A DNA stretch of 64,000 nucleotides, taken from contig NC_042997.1 of the NCBI RefSeq assembly GCF_006345805.1, positions 166,594,001 through 166,658,000 of the forward strand, in the 5' to 3' direction. The notes beneath the pieces are model-generated. The model saw only the letters and a list, made by a program, of their open reading frames with translations, was not told the DNA's origin and made no database searches. Positions 10,642 to 23,805 of the stretch are shown in pieces. The position numbers were made by a program, and so were the translations under genes. The stretch comes from Octopus sinensis (Eukaryota). Every line of letters begins with the position of its first letter. Position 1 is the stretch's first letter.

Positions 10642-12401
10642 GTCTTATACCAACTCCCCCATGCTATTTCCTCCCACCCGGTGCAACCTGTCGGCTCCAG
10701 CACATCCCGTTTTCTATATGCGCGTGTGTATGTGTGTGTGCGTGTGTGTGTGTGCGTTTATGTGCACATACGTGTGTGTGTGTACATATACACATATATA
10801 TATATATGTGGGCCACCTCCATCTCATGTTAAACTTTACAAAATTATATTTTTACCTTATTTTTTTATTTTTATATTTTTTATTTTATTTTATTTTATTT
10901 TTATTTTATTTTTATTTTTATTTTTATTTTTATTTTCATTTTTATTTTTACTTTTATCCTACTTCCATGTATTTTTATTTTTAATTTTATTTTTACTTTT
11001 ATTTTTACGTTTATTCTACTGCCATTTACTCTCATTTTCATTCATCCCTTACCTTAACTCTTATAACCCTTATAATTCTTATATTTCATTTCTAACTATT
11101 ACATTGTATTTCTTATTTTATACTGTATTTTTTATTTCTAATCTTTACCCTTACCCTCATTCTTACCCCTAATCTATCGCTTTACACCTCTATATATGCT
11201 TATTTACTCACCTATGGATCCGCCTTTTGAATATCCGAGCGTCCGCGTACGTGTGTATGCGCATACATACATGTGCGCGCGCGTATGTGTACATGCATAC
11301 TTCGATATCTTATGACTATACCCATGAGCGCGTGTGTCTCTGTGTGCGTATGTGAGTATATATATGTGCACGCACATACGGACACACGGCCGTGTGTGCG
11401 TGCGCGTATTAACATGAGTACGGGATTCTTTACATACGTTCTTATACACATCCTTTAATATCTTATACCTAGACCTAGAGACGTGGGCATATACGTGTAC
11501 GTATGTAGTGAGGGGCGCACGTATGTACATGTGAGCGTATACGCGCGTAATGTCCGTCTATATATGCGGATATTCTGTTGTATGTATGTGTGTGTGCGCG
11601 CATGCGTGTGGGTGCGTGTGGGTTTATGTACATGTTTACACGCGAGTGCGTGTGTTTGCTTATAGACTTGGAGACGTATATGTACGCGTGTATGTGGGTG
11701 TATGTACCCATGATGATATGTGTACTGGAAGTCCATTTATTCAAGGAACCAGATTAAACTCTCATCAGCTCTGATTTACGACGAAACCGTTAATTTACTG
11801 ACAGTTCTACAACTAAGTTTTATCAATCTCTTGACCACCATGCTGGGTCCGCGACCTCTATACATCCCTTATCCCTACATTCTTTTACACTTTTATCATG
11901 TTTTTATCAGGTTCCTTTACTTCTTTTACTATTATTTCCATTTCTATTTTTACTTTACAACATTATGCCTTTATACCCCCTTTACATCTCCTTACAACTC
12001 TTTATATCTTTATCATCTACATTTATACATTATTTTATATTATTTTATATTTTTTATCCCTCGCCCCGAACTCTCGCCCCTCCATCTTCACCTCTATATA
12101 CGTATTTATTTATTTACATTACCTCAACATCCAAGTTTCCTCATTCTACATTGAGAGAAGAAGGAGATGGACGATTCAATTCGATGCTGCTGCCGCATTT
12201 TGTCGTACGGGAACGAGAAGATTTGCATCCCCAGCCAAGAATTTCGGAACTAACACATGTCCTTGTGGAAGCTGTTGTGAGCGGCTGAAGAAGGCCACAG
12301 ACATACATTATGATTTGTTATGTATCTGTCTAATAAAGGCCCGAAACATATGTACCGCTGAATCCTTCGCCTCATGTTTTTATTTTATTTTTTATTTTGA
12401 T

Positions 12402-12405
<4 letters not shown>
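10474..12405 (+). repeat. right arm of ~1.93 kb inverted repeat (PLE ORF end plus 3' UTR/pLTR)
   Basis: Reverse complement of 8208-10137; differences seen by eye are mostly 1-2 nt indels in homopolymer or dinucleotide runs. Confidence 0.95.
12280..12359 (+). ncRNA. type I hammerhead ribozyme motif (right pLTR copy)
   Basis: Stem I agcgg(12280-84)/ccgct(12355-59); core CUGAAGA 12285-91; stem II GGCC/GGCC extended by acagacatacat/atgtatctgt; GAAA 12343-46; palindromic stem III ACAUAUGU; predicted cleavage after A12354. Confidence 0.75.
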
Positions 12406-12457
<52 letters not shown>

Positions 12458-12579
12458 GTATGTGTGTATGTATGTATGTATGTATGTATGCATGTATGTA
12501 CATATGTATGTAGGTGTGTATTTATATATATAATGCACAAGTGTTATATATGTGTGTGTATACGTATGTATGTATGTAC

Positions 12580-12610
<31 letters not shown>

Positions 12611-13028
12611 TGTAGGTGTGTATTATGTATACATATGCATATATATATGTATATAATGCACAAGTATTATATGTATGTGTGTATACGTATGTATGTACGT
12701 AAGTATGTATGTGTGTATGTATATATAGCAAAACACGAAAATGGAAATTTTGGAGTATTATTTATTCACCATTACACATGTTTCATTTGTTAATATGAAT
12801 TACAGGGTTTTACATGTTAGATAGACATATAAGAAATTTCCTATAAGAAATTTTTTCTGAGAGAATTTTTTTATACAATAACTCTGCAAATAGCATTTCT
12901 ATAATTCACAATTTTAATATGTATTTTGACAAATGTACAGTAGCAATTGAGGCTACATATTGGATTGTAGCAATGGAATAGTCAGATGTTATTTAAGATA
13001 AAATAGTTGGGATTCATCTTAATTATCT

Positions 13029-13116
<88 letters not shown>

Positions 13117-13117
13117 T

Positions 13118-13529
13118 AGGCGCAGGAGTGGCTGTGTGGTAAGTAGCTTGCTTACCAGCCACATGGTTCTGGGTTCAGTCCCATTGCGTGGCATCTTGGG
13201 CAAGTGTCTTCTGCTATAGCCTCAGGCCGACCAAAGCCTTGTGAGTGGGTTTGGTTGACGGAAACTGAAAGAAGCCCGTCGCATATATGTATATATATAT
13301 ATATATGTGTGCGTGTATGTTTGTGTGTCTGTGTTTGTCCCCCTAGCATTGCGTGACAACCGATGCTGGTGTGTTTACGTCTCCGTCACTTAGCGGTTCG
13401 GCAAAAGAGACCGATAGAATAAGTACTGGGCTTACAAAGAATAAGTCCCAGGGTCGATTTGCTTGACTAAAGGCGGTGCTCCAGCATGGCCGCAGTCAAA
13501 TGACTGAAACAAGTAAAAGAGTAAAAGAG

Positions 13530-13586
<57 letters not shown>

Positions 13587-14104
13587 TTAAAAAAGTAAAT
13601 AAATTTGGAAAAGCACAGAAGTATATTTTCGAGAATGTTTAACATTTTTGTTACAGTGAGTCATTTAAAATATAACTGGTTTCGATGTATCCATTTTTCA
13701 AATAGGCGCAGGAGTGGCTGTTTGGTAAGTAGCTTGCTAACCAACCACATTGTTCCGGGTTCAGTCCCACTGCGTGGCATCTTGGGCAAGTGTCTTCTGC
13801 TATAGCCCCGGGCCGACCCATGCCTTGTGAGTGGATTTGGTAGACGGAAACTGAAAGAAGCCTGTCGTATATATGTGTATATATATAAGTGTGTGTGAAT
13901 ATGTTTGTGTGTCTGTGTTTGTTCCCCTAGCATTGCTTGACAACCGATGCTGGTGTGTTTACGTCCCCGTCACTTAGCGGTTCGGCAAAAGAGACCGATA
14001 GAATAAGTACTGGGCTTACAAAGAATAAGTCCCGGGGTCGATTTGCTCGACTAAAGGCGGTGCTCCAGCATGGCCGCAGTCAAATGACTGAAACAAGTAA
14101 AAGA

Positions 14105-14174
<70 letters not shown>

Positions 14175-14292
14175 AGTTAAAAAAGTAATAAATTTGGAAA
14201 AGCACAGAAGTATATTTTCGAGAATTTTTAACATTTTTGTTACAGTGAGTCATTTAAAATATAACCGGTTTCGATATATCCATTTTTCAAAT
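13118..14292 (+). repeat. 590-bp tandem duplication of a family B SINE plus microsatellite plus MITE left end
   Basis: SINE at 13118-13530 and 13703-14106; tagttaaaaaag block at 13584 and 14174 (period 590). Confidence 0.85.
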
Positions 14293-14554
14293 ATTGAAAA
14301 AAATTTTGGGGGAAACCAAAGAGGAAAAAAATTAGGGGCTCACAGTTTGTTCTAAAAGCATGGGTACAGAATGATAACTCACTAAATATTTTTTCCCCTT
14401 TGACTTCCCGAAAATTCTTTTTAATATTTTTAATATTTGATGTGATTGACACATCGAAACCAGTTATATTTTAAATCACTCACTATAACAAATGCATTAA
14501 ACATTCTCTAAAATATACTACTGTGCCTTTTCCAACTTTATTTACTTTTTTAAC
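14176..14554. mobile_element. MITE-like element with ~110-bp imperfect terminal inverted repeats
   Basis: gttaaaaaagta..cgatatatc (14176-14280) is the reverse complement of acatcgaaaccagtt..tacttttttaac (14450-14554); no clean TSD. Confidence 0.6.
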
Positions 14555-14713
14555 AATAATTTTTGATTTGTATGAACTCTTAAACTCATTTCAACTATAC
14601 ATGCATACATACATACATACATACATACATACATACATGCATACATACATACATACATACATACATACATACATACATACATACATACATACATACATAC
14701 ATACATACATACA

Positions 14714-14749
<36 letters not shown>

Positions 14750-14755
14750 TGGGGA

Positions 14756-14963
14756 CGGCATGATAGGTCGTTAGCTCCTACATGCATTTTTTCTCTCTCC
14801 TTGTTTCTATCCTTGTTTTTTTTCTGTGTATCTTTCTGTTGAAGAGCGTAGGCTCGAAACCTAAAAGACTTTTTCTATTTCTATTCCTGAGCACCATACT
14901 AATACATTTGTTTGTTTGTACTCCACTTGCTTTCTTTCGTCTTTGGTTTATTTTCGTAACTTC

Positions 14964-14965
<2 letters not shown>
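14756..14965 (+). mobile_element. short PLE-pLTR-like dispersed repeat with degenerate minimal hammerhead-like motif
   Basis: Similar to 28396-28590; motif tcttt-ctgttga-a-gagc-gtag-gctc-gaaa-cc-ta-aaaga at 14831-14868. Confidence 0.55.
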
Positions 14966-15035
<70 letters not shown>

Positions 15036-15053
15036 TGTGTGTGTATGTGTGTC

Positions 15054-15119
<66 letters not shown>

Positions 15120-15235
15120 AAAGCAATAAAGATTCAAGTTAATTTAAATGAATTTACTTGAATATGGTACCTAACTTAGATGCACCAAAAAAAACTATAC
15201 TGTTTTAACAATACAGTAATGTGGGGTGATTATAA

Positions 15236-15387
15236 GCGAGAAAGAAGCAACAAGAATGGAGGTTTTTAGTACAATCGTTTCATACAAGGACAGGCTTTAT
15301 TAAAAGTTTTTGCAACTTTTAATAAGCCTGTCCTTGTATGAAACGATTGTACTAAAAACCTATCCATTCTTGTTGCTTCTTTCTCGC
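15236..15387. repeat. near-perfect ~150-bp palindrome
   Basis: 15236-15308 pairs with 15314-15387 apart from two small indels; ~5-nt loop. Confidence 0.95.
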
Positions 15388-15477
<90 letters not shown>

Positions 15478-16984
15478 ATATATATATAATGTGTGTATGT
15501 GTCTATTTATGAGAATTCATAAGCTACAATGAAAGGACAATCAGATTAACACAGCAGATGTTTAGACTGAACATCTGTAAGTCAATATCTGCTAGGAAAA
15601 GGAGACTAAAGACGTAAAAAAATAAATAAATAAATAAATAGGAAAAACCAATCCCGAGATCTTTGTACATGTTTGCAAAAGAAAGAGCATTAGTGTTTCA
15701 CACAGTAGAATCATTGTTTGATTGCGGATCCCATCAGAGAGTAAGCGAAATACTGAATGAACAACTGGAAAGGAAGTAGCTCATTAACCACCACCTGATC
15801 AGTCAGCGATGGAGAGTACTGGTCGCATGATGACATCGCTGGTATCTTTGGGACCACTAACCTGGAAGGATCCCAACCCCATCAAGTAAGAGCATGAAGC
15901 AAGCAAACAAGCCAGATGGGTTATTTAACACTGTAATTTTGGACAGGGAGGTTTACTTCGATTTAGAAGATTACTCCAATTCAAAAGTGGTAGATTATTT
16001 CGATTTGAAAGAGGAAGATATTATGCCGGCCCTGTATAAAGTGAGCATATCCATGACAACATGCTCTGGCAATTTCTGAAATTCCCTCAAAAGCATGCAC
16101 AATGGTTCTAGCAAACCACATCAGATATCTTTCGAAGGCTTCCTTGCAAATTCTTCCCAAGTTGCAAAAGTCGATAATGAATGAAATTATTCAAGCTGTT
16201 AGTAAATAAAAAGTCCTCTACATATTGATCACACCTTGTATTAATATATGAGTAGAATATGCTTCGTTAAGGAAGTCATAGAATACCAAAAAGAGGTTTA
16301 TTTGGCTGTATAGACGAGATCAACTCCACTCTGCATAGTTTATTTTTTCGATTAACTACACTTATTGGAGTTATCGTTCTTGTTTGTTGGTATTTGATTT
16401 CAAACATTCCTAATAAGTGAGTAGATGCACGAAGAATGGGGAAAATAAACAAGGACCAGTTAAAAAATGTTTGAGGGGTTTTTGAATTAGTAAAAAAGCT
16501 TTTCACTGCAACTTCTCTTGGAGAAAAAAATTATCGCTTGAGACTAAAAGCTAAAAGTACCATTGTCAGCATAGAGTTTCCCTGTCTAGATCTGATGAGA
16601 ACTAGGAGTTCGGAATGCATGTATACATCAGTCCCATAGGGGGCTCCTGAACTGACAATAGTGTTTTACACTTTTTTGTCTCAAGTGAAATTTTTTTTCT
16701 CCATGTGAAAGCCTTTTACAGGTTCAAATATCCCTCAAAACTTGTTTTGAACTGGTCTTAAGTTTATTCTTAACGAGTATTTTCCCTACCAATAGCATGA
16801 CAAATCGCAGTTAATCGAAGTTTTTCACATTAATATTTTATATACGTGACACTCGACTGTATCTGAACATCTACACGCCTCACCCCTACATACATATATG
16901 TATGTATGTCTGCAAATATGCATATACATGATGCATCGTTGTTCCAAAGTTTGAATGTGAATTTAGAATCTGGTAGAGGCACCA

Positions 16985-17345
16985 CAGATATGATCTTTAG
17001 TGACAGAGAAGTGCACAAAGCAGAGACTTCCCCTATACAAAGTTTTCGCTGATATAACAAAAACCATTGACATGGTGGCTATAAATGCACTGATAAGAAA
17101 ATCTTGGAAAAGTTGAAACTCCCTCATCACCTAAGTTTGTTGATTTGTTTGTTCATCTACACACTTGTACGAAGTCCTACTTATTTCATGTGGTGCTCTA
17201 TCGAACATGATCCATCTTACATCATTACATCTCTGCTTTACTCATCTGGGGCATGGGCCCTGTAACGATGACGTATCAAAATACTGGAGAGACTTCATCA
17301 AAAGTATCTAAGGTATATATAAGACAATAGTTGAAAATCTACCAC
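16985..17345 (+). mobile_element. degenerate RTE-clade LINE reverse transcriptase fragments
   Basis: EKCTKQRLPLYKVFADITKTIDMV (cf. QEKC.EQ..PLY..F.D.TKAFD) and TSLLYSSGAW..IKILERLHQKYLR (cf. TLLYG.E.W..LE.FH.RCLR). Confidence 0.6.
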
Positions 17346-18726
17346 ACTTGAGACGGAAATGTGGATAAAGGCGGACTGTTTTAGTACGAAAATCTTGCTC
17401 CATCAAGTACCATATGCGATAAGTCTGTCATGTAATCCATCTTGTTGATTTTAGATTTTCAAAGAGATTACTTTATGAAGGATTAGTTCTTAGAAAGTGC
17501 CCCTAGCACAAACTAAGAGAGAGAGGGGGTGAGTGTGCATGTGAGAGAGGGGTGTGTGTGTGTGTGAGATAGAGAAGAGAGAGAGAGAGAGAGAGAGAGA
17601 CCGTGACATCAGAATAAAACAATCTCAAGTCCTGAAACATCAGTGCCGTTCATTGGGAATATCTTGCACTGAAAAGATGGGAAATAGAAGACTATAACTA
17701 AGAAAAGTAGCCACCAATTTGAGAAAATTCAAATTTCCCATCCAACAAGGAAATGTAATGCTTGAAAACTAGGACATTATTAAAGCTCTGCGTAGGAAAG
17801 GGGCAAGAGATATCCTCGCTTGAACAGTCTGTCGCTGCATTATAATTTCAAAAGCCTGACTTGTCATCCATAACAGGCTACATATCAGAGACCAGCATGG
17901 GATGCATATATCCATACAGTTCTAATAACCCCAACAGAGCACTAGTGTCCTTTATATCCAAAAAATGTGCTCTACTACTGCAGGATTGAAAATCAATTTT
18001 GAACGAATGCACACAAATGCAGTTACACTTGAGATGGTTCGATCAGGTTGCCCCCCCCCCAAGTCTAAGCTAAGAACATTAGACCCCTTTGTAAGAAATC
18101 TAGCGAAGGTGTATGGCAACGATGACAAAAAAAACAAAAAAACAGAGAACATGGTACACAATTACGAATACAAACAAGAAATAACAACAAGCGTCTTTCG
18201 ACTGTGAACGAATCAAATTGAGCTGGCGTGTATGAAGTGAAAGCCTAAAAGAAGGACCATGGGAGATGGGCACAAGAGGTGTTCGCGGTCGGCAGCATGT
18301 ATGAATGCATATATGTATGTGTACACGTATGCACAAATGTATGCATATATGTATTTGTACTCGTATGCATAAGTGCATAATGTTGGCTATGTATGCTGTA
18401 CCTATTATATGCGCAGGCCTTGGTTCGGTGTTTTTCATTCAGAAAACTTGCAGTTATCCCCATGAACAAGTCTCCCCTTAACCCCCGTCCCAGCGTCACT
18501 TTACTTAAAGGCTGATACAACTGGGCACATGTATCTTCGCCGTATGAATGCAAATCTACCGGCACATACACCCCAAAGCATCCCATCCACCAACACACCA
18601 CCCAAGATTGGTAACTTGTTTTTAACCAACTCCGAAAGAATTAAAAGTGAAGTTGATTGCCACTAAATTCGAACTCTGAGCGTAAAGAGTTAGAAGAGAT
18701 GCCGCGAGACATTCTGCACCCCTACC

Positions 18727-19440
18727 TCTCTGCCTGTCGTTTTGCCTGTCTGCCTGTTTGCCTGCATGCTTGTCTGTCAGCCTGTCTGCCTGCCTGTCTG
18801 TCTATCTGCCTGCTTGCCTGTCTGCTTGTGTCTGTCTGTCTGTCTGTCTGTTTGTTTGACTGTCTGTCTATTTGCCTGCTTGCCTGTCTGTATGTCTTTT
18901 TGCCTGTCTGCCTGTCTGTTTGCCTGTTTATCTGTCAGTCTGTCTGCCTGTCTTTCTATCTGTCTGTTTGACTGTCTGTCTATCTGCCTGCTTGCCTGTC
19001 AGTCTGTCTGCCTGTCTTTCTATCTGTCTGTTTGACTGTCTGTCTATCTGCCTGCCTGTTTGCCTGTCTGCCTGTCTTTTTGCTTGTCTACCTATCTGCC
19101 TGTCTGCTTGTCTGTCAGCCAGTCTGCCTGTCTATCTGTCTGCCTGTCTGCCTGCCTGTCTGTCTGTCTGTCTGTCTATCTGCCTGCTTGCCTGCCTGTC
19201 TGTCTGTTTGTCTGTCTATCTGCCTTCTTGTCTGTCTGTCTGCCTGCCTGTCTGCCTGCCTGTTTATCTGTCAGCCTGTCTGCCTGTCAGCCTGTCTGTC
19301 TATCTGCCTGCTTGCCTGTCTGTCTGTTTGACTGTATCTATTTGCCTGCTTGCCTGTCTGTCAGTCTGTCTTTTTGCATGTCTTCCTGGCCTGCTTGTCT
19401 GTCAGCCTGTCTGCCTGCCTGTCTGTTGTCTATCTGTCTG
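18727..19440. repeat. ~700-bp mosaic tetranucleotide tract (CTGT/CCTG/CTAT)
   Basis: Read directly; source of the long LSVC/ACLP ORFs. Confidence 0.95.
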
Positions 19441-20319
19441 TATGCATGTATGTATGTATATATGTCTGTATGTATGCTCATGTGTGCGTGTGTGTATTTG
19501 TGTGTGTGTGTGTGGTGTGTGTGTGTGTGTATGTGCGCGTGCGTGAGTGTATACATGTACACACATTCGTGGGTGTAATTCAAAGTGAAGTACCATTTTT
19601 TTTTTACTTAACAATAAGTTTAAGGTGCACCAACATCAGCGTCAACAGCACTAGTGAGAAAAGTGTTAACAGACAAAAGAATATACAATAACTACTGTGT
19701 TTTTGCTGTTGTTATTGTGTAACCCCCCCCCCTCTCCACGCTGTTCCGATCAAGTTAACCACTCGTGAAAAGCCGTCACTGTCCATTTTATGTTCAGACA
19801 TAATATTTCAAAGATTACATTATTCAACACGTCCGTCCTTATCTAAGAAGCTAGAGTTTGATTATGACGGCTATTTGGTTGTTATTTCTAGTGTGTCGAG
19901 TGACCACTTAAAGGATTTGCCCTCTTGATATATTTGTAATAGGATTTTAAACAATATAATATTGAAAGTGTGGCAACACTCCTCGATATAAGAGCATTGT
20001 AATAACACTCCTCAAAATTACTTGGTGAGGTAATGGTAGTAGTAGTGGTAGCAGCAACAGCAGCAGCAGTTCTAGTTGTTGTTGTTGTTGTCGGTTTGCC
20101 TCAAATAAGACAGGATTTTATTTTATTTTCATGAATATTGAACCTCAGACTAACTCATCAAATGTAATGGTATTGTGTTACTTGAGGAAAATTTGGCTGC
20201 TTTTTCAGCATTATTGATTACTCTGAATTTCAGAATTTTCTCAGTTGCCTTTCTGAAAAAAAAAAAATCATTAAAACTTATAATTTTTAACACCATTAAA
20301 AGGCAAGCTGGCTGAGTCG

Positions 20320-20805
20320 TTAAAAAGGCAAGCTGGCAGAGTCGTTAAAAACGCCAGGGAAAGTGCTTAACGACATTTCATCCGTCTTTATGTTCTAAGT
20401 TCAAATTCCGCCGAGATCGACTTTTCCTTTCATCGTTTCAGCAGTCAATAAAATAAGTACGAATCGAGTAATGGGGTCGATGTAATCGACTATCTCCTTC
20501 CCCTGAAATGCCTGGCCTTGTGCCAAAATTTGAAACCAATAATTTTTTACACCATGACAAAGGTGATTTTAATTAATTAAACATTCCTGCGCATTTCTTT
20601 TCTATTATAGGCACAAGGCCTGAAATTTGGGGGAGGTGGATAGTTGATTACATCGACCCCAGTACTCAACTGGTACTTAATTTATCGATTCCGAAAATAT
20701 GAAAGGTAAAGTCAACCTCGGCTGAATTTGAACTCAGAACGTAGCGACTGGCGAAATACCGCTTAGCATTTCGTCCAGCATGCTAACAATTCTGCCAGCA
20801 CGCCG
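20320..20805. mobile_element. two older family A SINE copies in opposite orientation
   Basis: 20320-20540 (+) and 20600-20805 (-) match the family A body. Confidence 0.7.
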
Positions 20806-22139
20806 CTTTACTATTACTGATAATAATCCTTTCTACTTTTATGGGGGCCACACTTTTAGGTCTATGCTTATACGACTGGGATGGGGTGGAAAATTTAAGT
20901 GCTGTACCCGCTTGGTACGCCTTCCATCGATATGAGTTATAGGCTGGCGTGTAGCGCAAGTGCACCAACTGTTTCTTCATCTCTTACTCTGTTTTTAGTA
21001 TCAGGTTTACTGTTCCGTACCCTGGTCCCTTCTGATATAGCAGTCCTCCAGCCATCAACGGAAAAGGCCTTTAGAAATCTGTCTGTAGTGCACGATGAAC
21101 TTTCTGCTATGCAACGGTATGTCACTGTCTCCTAAATCAGGGATGCACAACCTTTATCGTCTGAAGGTCAAATCGTGAATTCAGTCACTTAAGGCAAGCC
21201 GCAAAGTATATAATATAATTAGGATAATCAAGAAACATACAAAAACAATAGTATAGAAAGAAACTAATATAAGGAGATATAATAGTAAAAGTTAAATATT
21301 GTAGGCAACGCTAATTTAAACAGATTCGCAAGCCCACAAAATATTCGTTGGGAGTCAAAGACAGTTACCTCTTCTGATCAAACATTCTAGAAGATTCCAG
21401 AAAATTCTAGGCGAACATGATTAACCTCATCTTTGCTAAAGTACAACGCATAACTTCAAAATAACACACAGGTGGTCGCTAGTAGAACATCGCCTTTTTA
21501 AGCGGCATTCCTGCTTAAATCAGCCTCTCTTCTTTAACTGCTTCTTCTAGACACGACAAGGTCCACCGCGACCTAGAAAGAGCTAGGTATATGAATTCAA
21601 TATCTGATTCCCTACCAGTAGCTCGTCATGGTATTCTACGTCTAGTGCCCGTGGAAAGCAAATCTCGTAGCTTGATTTATTTTTATTTACTCAAAGTCAT
21701 CATGGAACATGGCAAGTCGTTCAAAACCTTTCTTCTTCCTAGAAATCTTTATCGAACATTGTATACTCACTGTACGTGTTCATATATCACATGTTGGAAT
21801 AAAATCTTGAACATGAAGCTATTCACACAGGATAACTGTTATTGTCTTTTATTGCACAGAGGTATTTCATGGGTATTGGATTAATGATTCAGTCCAATTA
21901 TTGAAGTGCTGACGTTATTATTAGTGACTTCCCACGCTAAAATACTATTATGTATGTTTTCAGTGTGTGATTGTGGTACAAGCAGTTCGCTATGCTAATT
22001 TTCAGTAATTTATTAAAATGAGAACGTCACAAATCTGCAGAATATGGTGGAGTTCAGACCAGAAAAGACCAGTAACAGCCGCAGCAGCAGTTACGACAAC
22101 ACTTACTTCTGATTAACGCACGAGACCAGCAGTTTTAGT

Positions 22140-22345
22140 GTCATCATCATCATCATCGTTTAACGTTCGTTTTCCGCGCTAGCACGGGTTGGACGGTTCG
22201 ACCGGGGTCTGGGAAGCCAGGGGCTGCTCCAGGCTACAGTCTGATCTGGCAGAGTTTCTACGGCTGGATGCCCTTCCTAACGCCAACCACTCCGCGAGTG
22301 TAGTGGGTGCTTTTTACGTGCCACCAGCACAGGTGCCAGGTGGGG
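22140..22345 (-). mobile_element. RTE-associated 3'-end repeat with (GAT)n tail
   Basis: catcatc-gtttaacg..gctagcacgggttggacgg terminus shared with 36005, 44411, 47767, 52100, 53900, 63570. Confidence 0.7.
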
Positions 22346-22584
22346 GGAGGGGCTAAATAGATACCATGGTCTTTCTACTTGATAAGTACTTCATTTTATT
22401 CACCCATCCCACACCTACCCAGAAGGATGTTAGACAAAGCTTATGTTGGTGGAATTTGAGTTTAGAACGTAAAGATTCGGAACAAATAATCTAGAGTGTT
22501 TTGTCTGACGTGCTAACGATTTTGTCTATTCACTGCCCTGGTAATAATGATGATGATGATGATCATCATCATCATCATGATAAT

Positions 22585-23445
<861 letters not shown>

Positions 23446-23455
23446 TTCCTTAATG

Positions 23456-23518
<63 letters not shown>

Positions 23519-23805
23519 TAATAATAATAATAATAACAACCCCACCTTTGCTAAAGTACTGCGCATAATTTCAAAATAACACACAGGAGGTCGCTAATAG
23601 AACATCGCCTTAAATCAGCCTCTTTTCTCTAACTACTTCTTATTGATACGACAAGGTCCACCGTGAACTAGAGAGAGCTAGGTACATGAATTCGATCTCT
23701 GTTTTATTACCAATAACTCAATATGGTATTCTACATCTACTTACTGCCCTTGATTTATTTCTATTTACTCAAAGTCATCATGGAACATAGTAAGTTGTTC
23801 AAAAT

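Larger units (their letters stand above)
8208..12405 (+). mobile_element. 5'-truncated Penelope-like retroelement (PLE) with long inverted pseudo-LTRs
   Basis: Arms 8208-10137 and 10474-12405 are reverse complements; spacer plus start of right arm encode a GIY-YIG endonuclease remnant; hammerhead motif near each outer end; flanked by (TA)n. Confidence 0.85.

Noticed and set aside
8208-12405. Reading the long inverted repeat as a Foldback, Maverick or Mutator DNA transposon
   Set aside because: No TSD or DDE/polB signature; the arm includes the end of a GIY-YIG ORF and a hammerhead, which fits a Penelope-like retroelement better. An assembly foldback artefact is not fully excluded.
16586-16630. 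CUGAUGA-GAAC-uagga-GUUC-GGAA hammerhead-like string
   Set aside because: GAAA is altered to GGAA, there is no valid UH site and no stem I; could be chance
15640-16800. Possible very old CR1-like ORF2 remnant (KTNPEIFVHVCKRK; ORF 15894-16079)
   Set aside because: Only scattered weak motif resemblance; not supportable without a profile search
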